NCBI GenBank assembly: GCA_963812015.1 | Contig: CAWETI010000002.1 | Location: forward strand, 896,001 to 960,000 | Direction of reading: 5' to 3' | DNA: 64,000 nucleotides | DNA from: an uncultured delta proteobacterium | Lineage (GTDB): Bacteria; Desulfobacterota; Desulfobaccia; Desulfobaccales; 0-14-0-80-60-11 | In this document: piece by piece, positions 30,112 to 40,411 of the stretch | How positions within the stretch are numbered: position 1 is the first letter of the stretch | Layout of the letters: the number at the start of each line of letters is the position of its first letter | Notes under the pieces: generated by a model | Database searches by the model: none | The model's input: the letters and a program-made list of their open reading frames with translations, nothing else | Told to the model about the DNA's origin: nothing | Made by a program: the position numbers and the translations under genes

Positions 30112-31284
30112 TCAGGATATGCGTTCCGCCAGTTCTTTGATTACCCCCTCGCCGCCGCTAGCCCGCGTGAGGCCCCAGGCCACTTTTTGCACCTCAGGGT
30201 GGGCATCGGCCGGGGCAATGGGGAAACCTACCACCGCCATGGCCTCAAGGTCATTGACGTCGTTGCCCACGTAGGCTACCCGCTTAAGATCGCAGCCGTT
30301 CCGAGTACAGTAATTTTGCAAGGCGCCTCGTTTGTCATTGCAGCTGTCGATAATTTCCAGTCCCAGCTTGGCGGCCCGGGCCCGGACCACCGGGTTGGTT
30401 TCAGTAGTGAGGATCATCTGCCTAATCCCCAAGCGCCGGAGTCGCTCCACCCCCAGGCCGTCGGCCCGGTTGGCCAGAATGCCCTCGGTGCCGTCTTGCA
30501 GCACCAGGACCCGGTTGTCGGTCATCACCCCGTCGAAGTCATAAACCAGCAGATCCAGATCCCGGCTGGTTAGCCGCCAGTGGCCCCGCTCCGGCTGCCA
30601 GCGTGGCAGCAGCCTGGTCTCGAAATAGTAGCGGCAAACCTCTACATCCGGTAGGGTGTCGATCTCGAAAGATTTCCAGTAGGGCATCTCAAATATCTCA
30701 ATCCGCCCGCCCAGGCGGTTGCCATATTTCCTCAGGACTTCGGGGCGGAAGACATAGATGGAGCCGTTTTCTAAAAGCAAGGGCTCCCGGTCCTGGCGCA
30801 CCCCCCGGTTGGCGGGGTCGAAATTGAGGCCTTGCAGCACTCCATCGGCCCGGCTCCAAAGGCAAAAATCTTCCAGCACCGCGCCGGAAAAAAGTGAATC
30901 GGCGCCGCTCTGCCGGAGATGATGGACAGCTCCGTCGATGTCCTCCGGCTCTCTCACGGGCGAGGTGGCCTGAAGGAACACGACCAGGTGCACCGGGCCG
31001 ACGGCGGGCTCAATCTCGCCCAGGGCATGGAGTAGCGCTTCTTCGGAGGAGGACCGGTCCGTGGCCAAATCCGGCGGCCGAAGAATAGGCAGAGCGCCAT
31101 AGGCCTCCGCCACTTCCAAAATCTCCGGGTCGTTTGAGGACACGTAAACATGACTCACCGCGGCGGCGGCCGCGGACTGGAGGATACTCCAAGCCAACAA
31201 GGGCTTGCCGCAAAAGTCGATGAGATTCTTCCGGGGAATACCTTTTGAGCCACCCCGGGCAGGAATGATGGCTACGGTTTGCAT
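30112..31284 (-). CDS. neuA: Acylneuraminate cytidylyltransferase fused to a KdsC/YrbI-type HAD phosphatase
   Basis: IIPARGGSKGIPRKN, LQATSP.R, ENGSIY, EID; C-terminal DFDGVMTD and YVGNDVND. Confidence 0.9.
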   Translation of the reverse strand: MQTVAIIPARGGSKGIPRKNLIDFCGKPLLAWSILQSAAAAAVSHVYVSSNDPEILEVAEAYGALPILRPPDLATDRSSSEEALLHALGEIEPAVGPVHLVVFLQATSPVREPEDIDGAVHHLRQSGADSLFSGAVLEDFCLWSRADGVLQGLNFDPANRGVRQDREPLLLENGSIYVFRPEVLRKYGNRLGGRIEIFEMPYWKSFEIDTLPDVEVCRYYFETRLLPRWQPERGHWRLTSRDLDLLVYDFDGVMTDNRVLVLQDGTEGILANRADGLGVERLRRLGIRQMILTTETNPVVRARAAKLGLEIIDSCNDKRGALQNYCTRNGCDLKRVAYVGNDVNDLEAMAVVGFPIAPADAHPEVQKVAWGLTRASGGEGVIKELAERIS

Positions 31285-31871
31285 CTTTATCGTCCTAAGC
31301 CAAGGTGCCCCAACAGACGCAGAAGTCTGAGGACCACAAGGTGGGGGAAGGGGCGGTAAGCCTTAAATTCCGAACCCCGGTCCGAAATTTCAAGTGCTAT
31401 TTAGTTCAGGCGCCCGGAACCAGTTTAAACTCATGTCTCATGATTTATGAACCGAGATTATGCATCAGCTTTGGTCAGCGCAATCCAAAAAAGGTTTTTG
31501 GGACCTCTTGCCCGGGGAAAATCACCCAAAGTTTCTATTATTGCAGCCAGCTGCTTTCGTTGGCTGCATGTTAACACAAGCTTCGCTATAAGCGTAATTT
31601 TTCCCTGAATTATTGGGATACCATACTCTCAGGGGCCATCAGCCAGTCGATTTTAGGAATGCCTTTTTAGGCTTTAAATTGAGAGTCGCCAGTAGATGAT
31701 ACCTTGCCACTAGAAAAACCTCTTTAGAATTTCAATTGGTTGTGGATATGATCTGAATAGCGACATTGACCTTCTGTGGGGGGATTTTCAGGTATTCATC
31801 TCGTTCCCCAGGGCAACGTGGGAACGAGATACATTTCCTCACCGGACAGTGCGGGCTCTTATCAGAAAAAA

Positions 31872-32792
31872 TCACGAAGGCCCGGGTTGGGCGAGCTTTT
31901 CGAACCGTTCCAGGGAGTGGCCCAGGCCGCCTTGCAGGTTGACTTCCCGAAGCCGTTTCAGACAGCGGCCTAGCTGGGACTTGCTCCCCAGGCCGGCGTA
32001 GACGTCGAAGGCCCGGACCGTGTAATCCCACGCCTGGGCCAGGTCCCCCCGGGTTTGATACACCTCTCCCAGGAAAAACAGGTCCCCGGCCATGGCGGCC
32101 CGGTCCAGGATGGACCGATCGGTCTTGAGGGCCAGGGTAAACATGGCCAAGGCCTGGCCGGTGTCCCCCCGGGCCAGGGCCAGCCTGCCTAAATGATGGC
32201 AGAGGGTGCCCTTGAGTTCCGGCGTGGTGGCCAGGGGCTGGGCCCGGGTCAGGTAGTCCTGGGCTGCGGCCGGATCATTCTGGTCCAGGCAGAAACTGGC
32301 CCACTGGAGGTAGACCCGTCCCAGGGCCGGGAAGGAACGGGATGAGCGGGCGGCGTCCTGGGCCGCCAGCAGGCATCGGGAGGCCTCCCCGGGATTGCCT
32401 GCCTTCTGGGCCACGGTGGCCAGGTTGGCCTGGTTGATGCTGGCCGCCACCCATTGCTGCTGGTCCAGGTTAAGGTTGTACGCCTGGGTGAAGAGGTCCC
32501 GGGCCTTCTTCAAATCCCCCTCTTCCAGGGCCACGGCCCCCAGGTTGTTCAGTTGCTGGGCCGCCCCCTGGGGGTAATCCACGGACCGGCTCATGGTCAG
32601 GGCCCGGGTGAAGCTCCGGGAGGCCCGCTGCATATCCCCTCGGGAATATAATTCCTCCCCCTGGATCGAGACCTCATCGATGCGCTGCACCTGCTGGGCG
32701 AACGGGTCCGCTTTGGCGGCGCAGCCGCTCAACACCAGGGCCGCCAGCCCGAGCCGGGCCCAACGGCTAAGGAAGGGTGCGCGGTTCCACAT
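31872..32792 (-). CDS. Tetratricopeptide-repeat lipoprotein
   Basis: Lipobox LSGC; repeated LNNLG/LG..Y..GD...A TPR-like helices. Confidence 0.8.
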   Translation of the reverse strand: MWNRAPFLSRWARLGLAALVLSGCAAKADPFAQQVQRIDEVSIQGEELYSRGDMQRASRSFTRALTMSRSVDYPQGAAQQLNNLGAVALEEGDLKKARDLFTQAYNLNLDQQQWVAASINQANLATVAQKAGNPGEASRCLLAAQDAARSSRSFPALGRVYLQWASFCLDQNDPAAAQDYLTRAQPLATTPELKGTLCHHLGRLALARGDTGQALAMFTLALKTDRSILDRAAMAGDLFFLGEVYQTRGDLAQAWDYTVRAFDVYAGLGSKSQLGRCLKRLREVNLQGGLGHSLERFEKLAQPGPS

Positions 32793-33720
32793 GGATGGTC
32801 TGGCTCTTGGCCCCCTTGGGGGCGGTCATGCGGATCAAAGGATTGGCCTTAATGGCGTCCATCGTATCCTTGGCGCTCCGGGCCGTGCCGGTGGCCGCCT
32901 CCATCAAGTCGGGCAAGTCCTCGCTGCCGCTCTTGATATTCGCCACGATGGCTTTCAGGGGCTCGATATCCTGGGTGATGGACTTGGTGAACACTTGCAG
33001 GTTCAGGGCCGTGGGCTTGAAATCTACCATAAGGCCTTGGGCCTCGGCCAGGAACTTGTCCATGCGGTCCAGCCCTTGAATCAATCGGGCATATAAATCC
33101 TTTTGCATAAGCAGCATCCCCATGGTCCCTCGACCCTCGGTGAGGCTCACCAGCACCTCGTTGGCATGGTTTATCGCCGCCAAGAAGGCCTTTTCATCGT
33201 TTTTCAACTGTTCGCTCAACTGGGCGATGTTGGTCACGGTGAGCTTAACTTTCTGGACGGTTTCCTGGGTGACCAGTTCCGCCATATATTCCGTCACCGA
33301 CTTGCGTTCCCGGGAGGAAATAGTGCCATAGGCTTCAATCTTGGGATAGCCGGATGATCCGGGGCTGATTTCGAGATATTCGCTGCCGATGAGGGTGGGG
33401 CTGACCACTTCCGCCACGGAATCCTGGCGGATGAGATCGGCGTATTCCTTGTAGACCTTGATGGTGACCTCCACCTGGGGCTGTCCCATGGTCTGGGTGA
33501 TGCCCAGGTTGGAAACCTTGCCGATCTCGGCGTTGAACATCTTGACCAGGGAGCCCTGGCGCAGGTTGTAGCCTTGCTTGAATTTGGCGAAGTAGGTATT
33601 CTGGGGTTGGAACCAGCCTTTGCCCTGGGCGATCACCAGCAAGGTCACCATGGTGAAGATGATCAACACCAGGAGAAACCCCCCCACCAGTTGTTCCTTG
33701 CGGGTAAAGCCCTCTTGCAT
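32767..33720 (-). CDS. MlaD/MCE domain protein
   Basis: N-terminal TM; GYNL..GS.VKM...EIGKV, IR.DS.A.V....LIGS.Y.EI.PG, G.GT.G.LL. Confidence 0.88.
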   Translation of the reverse strand: MQEGFTRKEQLVGGFLLVLIIFTMVTLLVIAQGKGWFQPQNTYFAKFKQGYNLRQGSLVKMFNAEIGKVSNLGITQTMGQPQVEVTIKVYKEYADLIRQDSVAEVVSPTLIGSEYLEISPGSSGYPKIEAYGTISSRERKSVTEYMAELVTQETVQKVKLTVTNIAQLSEQLKNDEKAFLAAINHANEVLVSLTEGRGTMGMLLMQKDLYARLIQGLDRMDKFLAEAQGLMVDFKPTALNLQVFTKSITQDIEPLKAIVANIKSGSEDLPDLMEAATGTARSAKDTMDAIKANPLIRMTAPKGAKSQTIHVEPRTLP

Positions 33721-34077
33721 GGGCCTATGATACCATTCTCCCCCGCCTTTTTACAAGCCTTCTGCCGCCGGCCGGGAATCAGCGGTGCAGGTGGGTTGCA
33801 GCCATGGCTTCATTTCTCTGAAAAAGCCCTCACCAGCAGCGCTCAGCCTTAAAAAAGATTGGTGGGACAGGCTTACAGCTTGTGCGCCCGCGCCGGCAAG
33901 ATACCGGCGCCACCAGGAACTCTTCAGGACCGAGCTTGGCGCCAGGCGACGTATCGCCGGGCCCGGCCACCTGGAGGGCTACAGAAAATATTGGAGGAAT
34001 CGCCGATTGTGCCGATAAACCATAAGGAGAGGCCGGGCAAGCGGGAGCCAGGAGTCGACCCCTGCCCCAGGGAGGCC

Positions 34078-34578
34078 ATGGCAATGTTCCTCAGGCTACG
34101 TCAGAGGCTGAAAGGCAATCGCCGGGAAGAAGGAGCCGCGTCAGTGGAGTTCGCCCTCTGTCTCATCCCCTTGCTGTTGATCGTGGCCGGCATCGTCGAT
34201 TACGGCGAATCCTGGTATATCCAATCGGTCCTCGCCACCGCCAGCCGGGAAGGGGCCCGCTATGCCACCCGGTACCAAACCGACAGCACCGGGGCGCGGC
34301 TTATCCCCAATAACCTGAATCCCACCATCCAAAACTATGTGCTCAACACCCCCGCGCAAAATGGCGGCAACGGCGGCTACGGCCTGCTGACTATCCTGCC
34401 CAGTAACGCCACCCCCACGGTGACTCCGGGAGGCGCCGGACTTACCACGGGGACCACCGGCGCGGTGGTCAGTGTGACGGTGTCGGCGCAGAAGTACTGG
34501 CTTTTTCTCAATCGGCTCATGCCCGGTTTGTCAAATCCCCAGGTGCTGACGTCCACCACGACGATGTCTTGCGAGTAA
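34078..34578 (+). CDS. tadE: TadE-like pseudopilin
   Basis: EEGAASVEFAL..P.LLLI..GIVDYG...ASREGARYA; GGAGG RBS (start 34078 or 34084). Confidence 0.9.
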   Translation: MAMFLRLRQRLKGNRREEGAASVEFALCLIPLLLIVAGIVDYGESWYIQSVLATASREGARYATRYQTDSTGARLIPNNLNPTIQNYVLNTPAQNGGNGGYGLLTILPSNATPTVTPGGAGLTTGTTGAVVSVTVSAQKYWLFLNRLMPGLSNPQVLTSTTTMSCE

Positions 34579-34595
34579 AAGGAGGTGGCCGAGTC

Positions 34596-35807
34596 ATGCC
34601 TAAGCGCGTGAAGGGTTTCGTTGCCGACCAGTCCGGGGCCATGAGCCTGATGATCGCTTTCATCCTGGTGGTCCTTTTGGCCCTCGCCGCCCTGGCCGTC
34701 GATTACGGCTATATGTCCATGGTCCAGGGCGAATTGCAAAAAGCCGCCGACGCCGGGGCTTTGGCCGGGGCCAGTGCTTTAGGATCAGCCAACAATCCGG
34801 CTTGGTCCTCGGGGACGGCCCAGGCGACCTCACTCGTCCAACAAAATAATGCGGCGGGACAACTGCTGGCCGATTGCCAGGTGGATTACGGGTACTGGAG
34901 TAAGGTAAGCCACATCTTGCAGGCCTCCACGATTACACCCCAGCAAACCGATGTCCCGGCTATTCAAGTGACGATAGTTAAATCTTCCGGAAAAAACGGT
35001 GGTCCTGTCCAGCTGCTGTTCGCTCCGATCTTTGGGGTCAATACCTTTGACCTGAGTGCCCGGGCCGTGGCGATGCTGAAACCCGCCGCCAACTGGTCTA
35101 TCCTGGAGACCGGCAACGGCAACGTTACATTAAACAGCAATATCAACGTGAATCGGGATGTGGGCGATAACGGCTCCGGCTGGTTCACGATGAACAGTAA
35201 CGTGACGGTGCAAGGCAAGGTCTATCTCAACACCAAAACCGGCCTGACCAACAACGGCGGAGTAGCTCAGGGGGGAATAGAGCAGGATGCGGGATCAAAC
35301 GGCATCCTGGCGCAAGCCGTCCAAGATGCCCAGACGGCCTACAGCCAACTCACCGGCCTGGCCAACAACTTTGGGTCTTATCCAAATATTAATTCAAACA
35401 CGACCATTATTGGTACAAATACGGTGAACGTCGTGGACGTCACCAATTTGCTCCTGAACTCTAACAAAACCCTTACCTTAAGCGGAACCTCCAGCATGTC
35501 GTTTGTCGTCATGGTTTCCGGCACTTTTATCCTGAATTCCAACAGTAATGTAATTCTGAGCGGCGGGTTAACGCCGGGTAACGTAACTTTCGTGGATACG
35601 GGCACCGGTGGTGTCATCATCAATAGTAATTGCACCATGAATGGCAGCATCTTGAGTCCCAATTCTTCCGTCACCCTGAACAGCAATGCTGCCTTAAATG
35701 GCGCCCTGGTCAGCGGCAAGGATATTATTTTGAACAGCAACATCGTGGTGACGCCTCCCCAAACCTTCTTGCCATCCACCGGGCACGGCACGGCTCTGGT
35801 CAATTAA
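34596..35807 (+). CDS. tadG: TadG-like pilus protein with C-terminal ice-binding-like beta-solenoid
   Basis: DQSGA...AVDYG......LQKAADAGALAGA Tad motif; eight [LIM]NSN repeats in the C-terminal half; AAGGAGG RBS. Confidence 0.85.
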   Translation: MPKRVKGFVADQSGAMSLMIAFILVVLLALAALAVDYGYMSMVQGELQKAADAGALAGASALGSANNPAWSSGTAQATSLVQQNNAAGQLLADCQVDYGYWSKVSHILQASTITPQQTDVPAIQVTIVKSSGKNGGPVQLLFAPIFGVNTFDLSARAVAMLKPAANWSILETGNGNVTLNSNINVNRDVGDNGSGWFTMNSNVTVQGKVYLNTKTGLTNNGGVAQGGIEQDAGSNGILAQAVQDAQTAYSQLTGLANNFGSYPNINSNTTIIGTNTVNVVDVTNLLLNSNKTLTLSGTSSMSFVVMVSGTFILNSNSNVILSGGLTPGNVTFVDTGTGGVIINSNCTMNGSILSPNSSVTLNSNAALNGALVSGKDIILNSNIVVTPPQTFLPSTGHGTALVN

Positions 35808-35999
35808 GCCCCGTACCGAGACGGTCCGCCACAAAACGACCGGCCTCCGAGCCCTTCTCGACCCCAGCTGAGGAGGGGGGATTCTCTACGAAACGAATTT
35901 TTGAAATAGCTGGAAATATTATAGTGAAATATATGACGTACTGATGGCGTCTTGTCATATCAGTCAAAAAAATGACTCAATTTACTTAATCGAAATTTG

Positions 36000-36824
36000 T
36001 CAAAGACGTTTGCTGTCTTTATTTTTGGCGATAATTGCCAAAACACCAAACATTAAACATAATCCTGCTGAAATATAAAACAATAACATGCGGGGCCGGT
36101 GATATAATTTCGGTGATTCTAATTTGTCAAAAGATTCAACCCCTAAAGTAAATTTGATTATCTTAGGGATAAAGTGAGGAAAATCTTCGAATGAGATGTT
36201 TTTGTAGTTATCCAATAAATAATCATAATTTGGTCTGATCTCATATATTTGCTTGAAAATTTCAGGATCTTGCTTAATCTCTGCCGCAGTCGCGATCTCC
36301 CCTCGCCTATTTTTCCAGATATGCGCCGTATCGGCAGGGGAAATCACCAACCATCGGCCCCCATCAAAGAACTCAACCATGACATGGCCCCCGCCTTTCC
36401 CCTGGGCATTATTCAATAAGAGGAGTTCTCGGGCGGGAATGTCCAATCTCCATAAGGCATTCAAGAGAACCCGGGACATGGTGGCACACGGCCCCAGGTT
36501 TTGTTGGCCTGCTACCCCATAGCCCTGATATTTTAGGCTAACCCCTGCAGTTAGATGCACTAATGATGCAGGAAGTAAGTATTTGGTTTCCAATGTATCG
36601 TACCAATCAAGTTCGTCGCCGGAGATTACTTTTTTGGTTCCATAATAGATGGCGGTTGCAAGAGATATCGCAATATTTTGCGTGTCAGTGGCAAATTGTT
36701 TGTCAACGGATTCAATGATAAAATTATCAATTAGTTGATTTTCTTCATAAACTTTATAATAAAAAAATAATGATAAACAGAACAGTACAATGCAGATCGA
36801 GATAAATAGCCGATATATTTTCAT
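36000..36824 (-). CDS. Low-GC membrane-anchored transglutaminase-like protein
   Basis: N- and C-terminal TM; GPC..MS..L..AL..L.IPAR and GHVMVEF...GRW..ISP motifs. Confidence 0.6.
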   Translation of the reverse strand: MKIYRLFISICIVLFCLSLFFYYKVYEENQLIDNFIIESVDKQFATDTQNIAISLATAIYYGTKKVISGDELDWYDTLETKYLLPASLVHLTAGVSLKYQGYGVAGQQNLGPCATMSRVLLNALWRLDIPARELLLLNNAQGKGGGHVMVEFFDGGRWLVISPADTAHIWKNRRGEIATAAEIKQDPEIFKQIYEIRPNYDYLLDNYKNISFEDFPHFIPKIIKFTLGVESFDKLESPKLYHRPRMLLFYISAGLCLMFGVLAIIAKNKDSKRL

Positions 36825-36978
36825 ATTCAGTGTTTTGATCTTAATTAAAATTAATTATTTAGTCATGTTATATGAATACGTTAGGGATCAAGCCCGTGGT
36901 TTAGGATGACCCAAAGACCAATTTTAGCAGCCTGCTAAAACTTCCTGGGCGTTCTGCACAAGGGGAGGATTGGTCTCG

Positions 36979-38523
36979 TTATTTGAACCCATCACCTCGG
37001 ATGACCACAATAATCGTTTTCGCCAGGATGAACAAGTCCAGCCAGAAACCCTGATGCTTGAGATAATAGAGATCATAAGCGATGCGTTTTTCCAGCGACG
37101 GGTGCCCCCGGCCCATTACTTGCTGGTAGCCGGTGATTCCCGGCTTGGCTTTAAGACGCCGGCGCTGCCAGAGATTGTAGTTGGCCACCAGTTCCACCCG
37201 TTCCGGTCTGGGTCCCACCAGGCTCATATTCCCCAACAAGGCGTTGAAAAATTGCGGAACCTCATCCAGGCTCGAGTGGCGCAAGATCTTGCCCAAGGGC
37301 GTCACCCGGGGGTCTTGCTTGATATTAAAAACGGGCTCCGGAAGATTTTCAAAGTCAATCATCTCTTTGAGTTGGGCGTCGGCATTCTCAACCATGCTGC
37401 GGAATTTATACATTTTAAACGGCTGCCCTTCCAAGCCAACCCGTTCCTGGATATAGATAACCGGTCCTTTGCTGGTGAGCTTGATCAACAGGGCGATGAG
37501 CAACCACAAGGGCAGACCCAACCCCAGAACCGTTAAAGATACCACGATATCCATCAGACGCTTCACGAGTTTATAGCCGAAATGCAAGGAGGCATCCCGG
37601 AGCTCGATAACCGGATAGTCCTGGCAAACGCTCACTTCCCGGGTCGTGACCGCTACTCCTAACGCATCTGGCACCATATAAAAAGGGATATGGTGCGACT
37701 CGCAGAAATTAACTGCCAACATCATCAGTTCCCGGTCCAGATACCCTTGGGAAACGCCCTCCTCCTCAGCAATGAACAGCAAGCTGTCAAAGGGCAGGCG
37801 CTGGAAAACCGCGGCGATCTCCCGCAATCCGCCCAGGATCGGAAGGTCGGGTTCCGAGTTGACCGGCGCTGAAGCCCCGTTGGCCTCCAACCTGCCGGCG
37901 ATGATGATTGACGGGTTACGGGACTTCAAATGGCCCAGAAATTCGGAAACCCTTTGTCCTCCGCCAATAACCACCAATCTTTCCTTAAGAACGTCATGGC
38001 CGGCAAGATAGTTTTCCAACCATTTGAACAGAAGACGGGTGCCGATGCCGGTAATCATGGCCATAATAAAGGCGAGCAAATAAACCACGCGAGAAACCAG
38101 CATGCCATGGTAGAGAACGCCGAACATCATGAGCAGCCCAAAGGCGTAAAGACCCGAACTGATCAGTCCCCGGATTTGCCAACCGATGGAGCGGACCAGC
38201 TGAGGGGCGCCTCGATACGCATCGCTTCTGGCCAAGAGGAAGATCCAGGCGGTCGTCAAGAGGGTGGCGGCTTTGAGAAAAGGGATAACGCTATACAGGT
38301 CCGGATCCGTGGGAGGAATGAGCCTGACGATACTCTCTGAATAGCGCACGTAATAAGCCAGAATTATCGAAGCGAAAAACACCAGGAGATCGAGCAGGAA
38401 GAGCAGGGAGCCGCGCACCCCCCAGACATGGAGCAAAAGCTTATCCCAGAAAAATCCTTGCCGGCCTTTATGGAAACCGTTGCACCGGCCCGTGCCTTCA
38501 TGAAGGGGGTGATTCACCGACAT
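36979..38523 (-). CDS. Polyprenyl glycosylphosphotransferase (WcaJ/WbaP-like initiating sugar transferase)
   Basis: KR.MDI, F.MYKFRSM, DPRVT..G..LR..SLDE.PQF.N.L.G.MSLVGPRPE, KPGITG..Q. Confidence 0.95.
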   Translation of the reverse strand: MSVNHPLHEGTGRCNGFHKGRQGFFWDKLLLHVWGVRGSLLFLLDLLVFFASIILAYYVRYSESIVRLIPPTDPDLYSVIPFLKAATLLTTAWIFLLARSDAYRGAPQLVRSIGWQIRGLISSGLYAFGLLMMFGVLYHGMLVSRVVYLLAFIMAMITGIGTRLLFKWLENYLAGHDVLKERLVVIGGGQRVSEFLGHLKSRNPSIIIAGRLEANGASAPVNSEPDLPILGGLREIAAVFQRLPFDSLLFIAEEEGVSQGYLDRELMMLAVNFCESHHIPFYMVPDALGVAVTTREVSVCQDYPVIELRDASLHFGYKLVKRLMDIVVSLTVLGLGLPLWLLIALLIKLTSKGPVIYIQERVGLEGQPFKMYKFRSMVENADAQLKEMIDFENLPEPVFNIKQDPRVTPLGKILRHSSLDEVPQFFNALLGNMSLVGPRPERVELVANYNLWQRRRLKAKPGITGYQQVMGRGHPSLEKRIAYDLYYLKHQGFWLDLFILAKTIIVVIRGDGFK

Positions 38524-38601
38524 GGCGTTACTTTTTCCCTGGGCTCTGAGGGCCTTGGACCCGCAAAAGATCAGCCCTACGCCCGGAGTTCCTGTTGCGG
38601 C

Positions 38602-40329
38602 TCATCCGGGTGCAGGTTCGGGTTTAAGGGGTTGTAACAGGTGAATGGCCCCGGGGGGATTGCAATACCTCTGAAAAGGAAATACCCGGAGGACCCGGTA
38701 CCCTGGCAGGGGCCCCAGGGTGATTAGGTAATCTTCCCGGGTTACCCACCACCAACTCAATCCCGCGCCTGGCCTAAAATTATTACGATAGCAGTAGTAA
38801 CCGTTAAATTCAAATCCCCCATCAAGGTTGCAGGGATTGACTCGCATCTCCTGGAGCACGTAATCATGGGCTTTTTTCAGGCTGCGCTTCATCTCCATAA
38901 AATCGTGTACGTTACAGGTAGACCATAAACCCATGAGGATTACCAGAACAAAACCGGGAATTATTTTCCAGTCGGCATCGGCGGCTTGGCCCCCCGGGGA
39001 ATGGTCTATCACCAACCAGATGACCAGGAAGATGATGGGGGGGATCAGATAGCGATCGTGAAAGCTCGTCAACGTAATGATGCCCAAATAGAAAAGCACC
39101 GACAGGAGGGCCAGGCAAACCAGGAAGGAGTTCTCCGGCATTTCCGGGGGAAACCCGGTGCGAAGCCGGTGCCGCACGTAGCCAATAAACCGGGAGAGGA
39201 TTACCAGCACCGCTAATACGGCCCAGGCCACCAGCAGATAGTAGGCGCCCCGTGAGATCACCCCAAGCCTCGGAATGCCCAAGATATACGTGTCCTTCAA
39301 TAAAATCGGCCCGATGCCGAAATTAAAGATGACATTGCCCAGGAAGTTTACCGGAGGATGAATCAGTTCGGTAACAATAGCTCCCTCCCATAAAGCGGTC
39401 AAAATCATCCAGACTATGAGGAGGAAGTGAAAATTCCGACGTCTCAGGGAGGATACATATCCTCTTAATAAAAGTGGGGAAATGAAAAACCCCAGGTAGA
39501 CCAAAGCATTGTGGAAGAGATCGCAATAGAGAAATACCAGGTAGCCGAGAAAGCCTTTTTCTCTCGGCAGGGCGAAAATATTAGAGATTACCTGGTGCTG
39601 AGTCAGAGGAGAACTCCCACCCCATGCCAACAGAAACTCATATAAGATCCAGGGGAACAGAACCAGCCCCAGTCCCAAGAAAAGCATTTTCCGTCTTCCC
39701 AGGGCGGCGCCGGCGGGATGGACCCAGCAGGTAAGCATAAAGGCTAGGAGGATGACCACCCCGATTTGCCGGGTCAGAATTGACCCCAGGGTCAGGACCA
39801 GACCGGCGATGATCCAGGCGAGGCTAGACTTCTTCACCCCCAGAAACAGGCCGAGTAAGGCGAATATCGCCAGAGAGGCAAAGGTGATATCGGTCATGTA
39901 GGTAAAGGATTCTGCCAGGAAGAGGGGATTGGCCACAACGGTCAGGGTTCCCAGCAGCGCCAGCCACGGGGATATGCCGGCGGTCTGGAAGAGCAGCAGG
40001 AGGCCGAAGGAACCCAAGATTCCCATGGTGAGCACGGCCAGCCGCAGGGTGGTAAGAGAAAACCCCAAGAGGTGGCAAAAGAGATCGCCCCAGAGGAGGT
40101 GGACCAGCAGAGACGGCCCCCCCGGAGAGCCAGGGGGCCCCCAGCCGGTGGTAATGATTTTTCCCGTGGCGCGCAGGGCCTCGAGACTTTTGACAAAGGC
40201 CCAATCGTCGTTCACCATGAATTCGCCCGAGGGATTTACCACAATGATTATGAAGGTCCAGACCACCAGCAGGGCGAGCCAGGGGAACCAGTTTTTCACC
40301 GCGCCATTGTCAGTGTCTATCGTGGCCAT
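38602..40329 (-). CDS. GT-C fold membrane glycosyltransferase (GT39/ArnT-like); start uncertain
   Basis: Many TM segments; F.VNDDWAF acidic motif in the first loop; MTDI, RQ.G, DRYL.P. Confidence 0.75.
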   Translation of the reverse strand: MATIDTDNGAVKNWFPWLALLVVWTFIIIVVNPSGEFMVNDDWAFVKSLEALRATGKIITTGWGPPGSPGGPSLLVHLLWGDLFCHLLGFSLTTLRLAVLTMGILGSFGLLLLFQTAGISPWLALLGTLTVVANPLFLAESFTYMTDITFASLAIFALLGLFLGVKKSSLAWIIAGLVLTLGSILTRQIGVVILLAFMLTCWVHPAGAALGRRKMLFLGLGLVLFPWILYEFLLAWGGSSPLTQHQVISNIFALPREKGFLGYLVFLYCDLFHNALVYLGFFISPLLLRGYVSSLRRRNFHFLLIVWMILTALWEGAIVTELIHPPVNFLGNVIFNFGIGPILLKDTYILGIPRLGVISRGAYYLLVAWAVLAVLVILSRFIGYVRHRLRTGFPPEMPENSFLVCLALLSVLFYLGIITLTSFHDRYLIPPIIFLVIWLVIDHSPGGQAADADWKIIPGFVLVILMGLWSTCNVHDFMEMKRSLKKAHDYVLQEMRVNPCNLDGGFEFNGYYCYRNNFRPGAGLSWWWVTREDYLITLGPLPGYRVLRVFPFQRYCNPPGAIHLLQPLKPEPAPG

Positions 40330-40411
40330 CGCTGGCAACTCTTCGGTCAGTCGGTTATGCTTGAGACCCCAAGGAATTCCCATTCCAGCCTTTGAGGTTA
40401 GCTTGAAACGA

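Noticed and set aside
31351..31362. ops/JUMPstart-like ggcggtaag
   Set aside because: Imperfect match and on the opposite strand to the adjacent neuA-like gene
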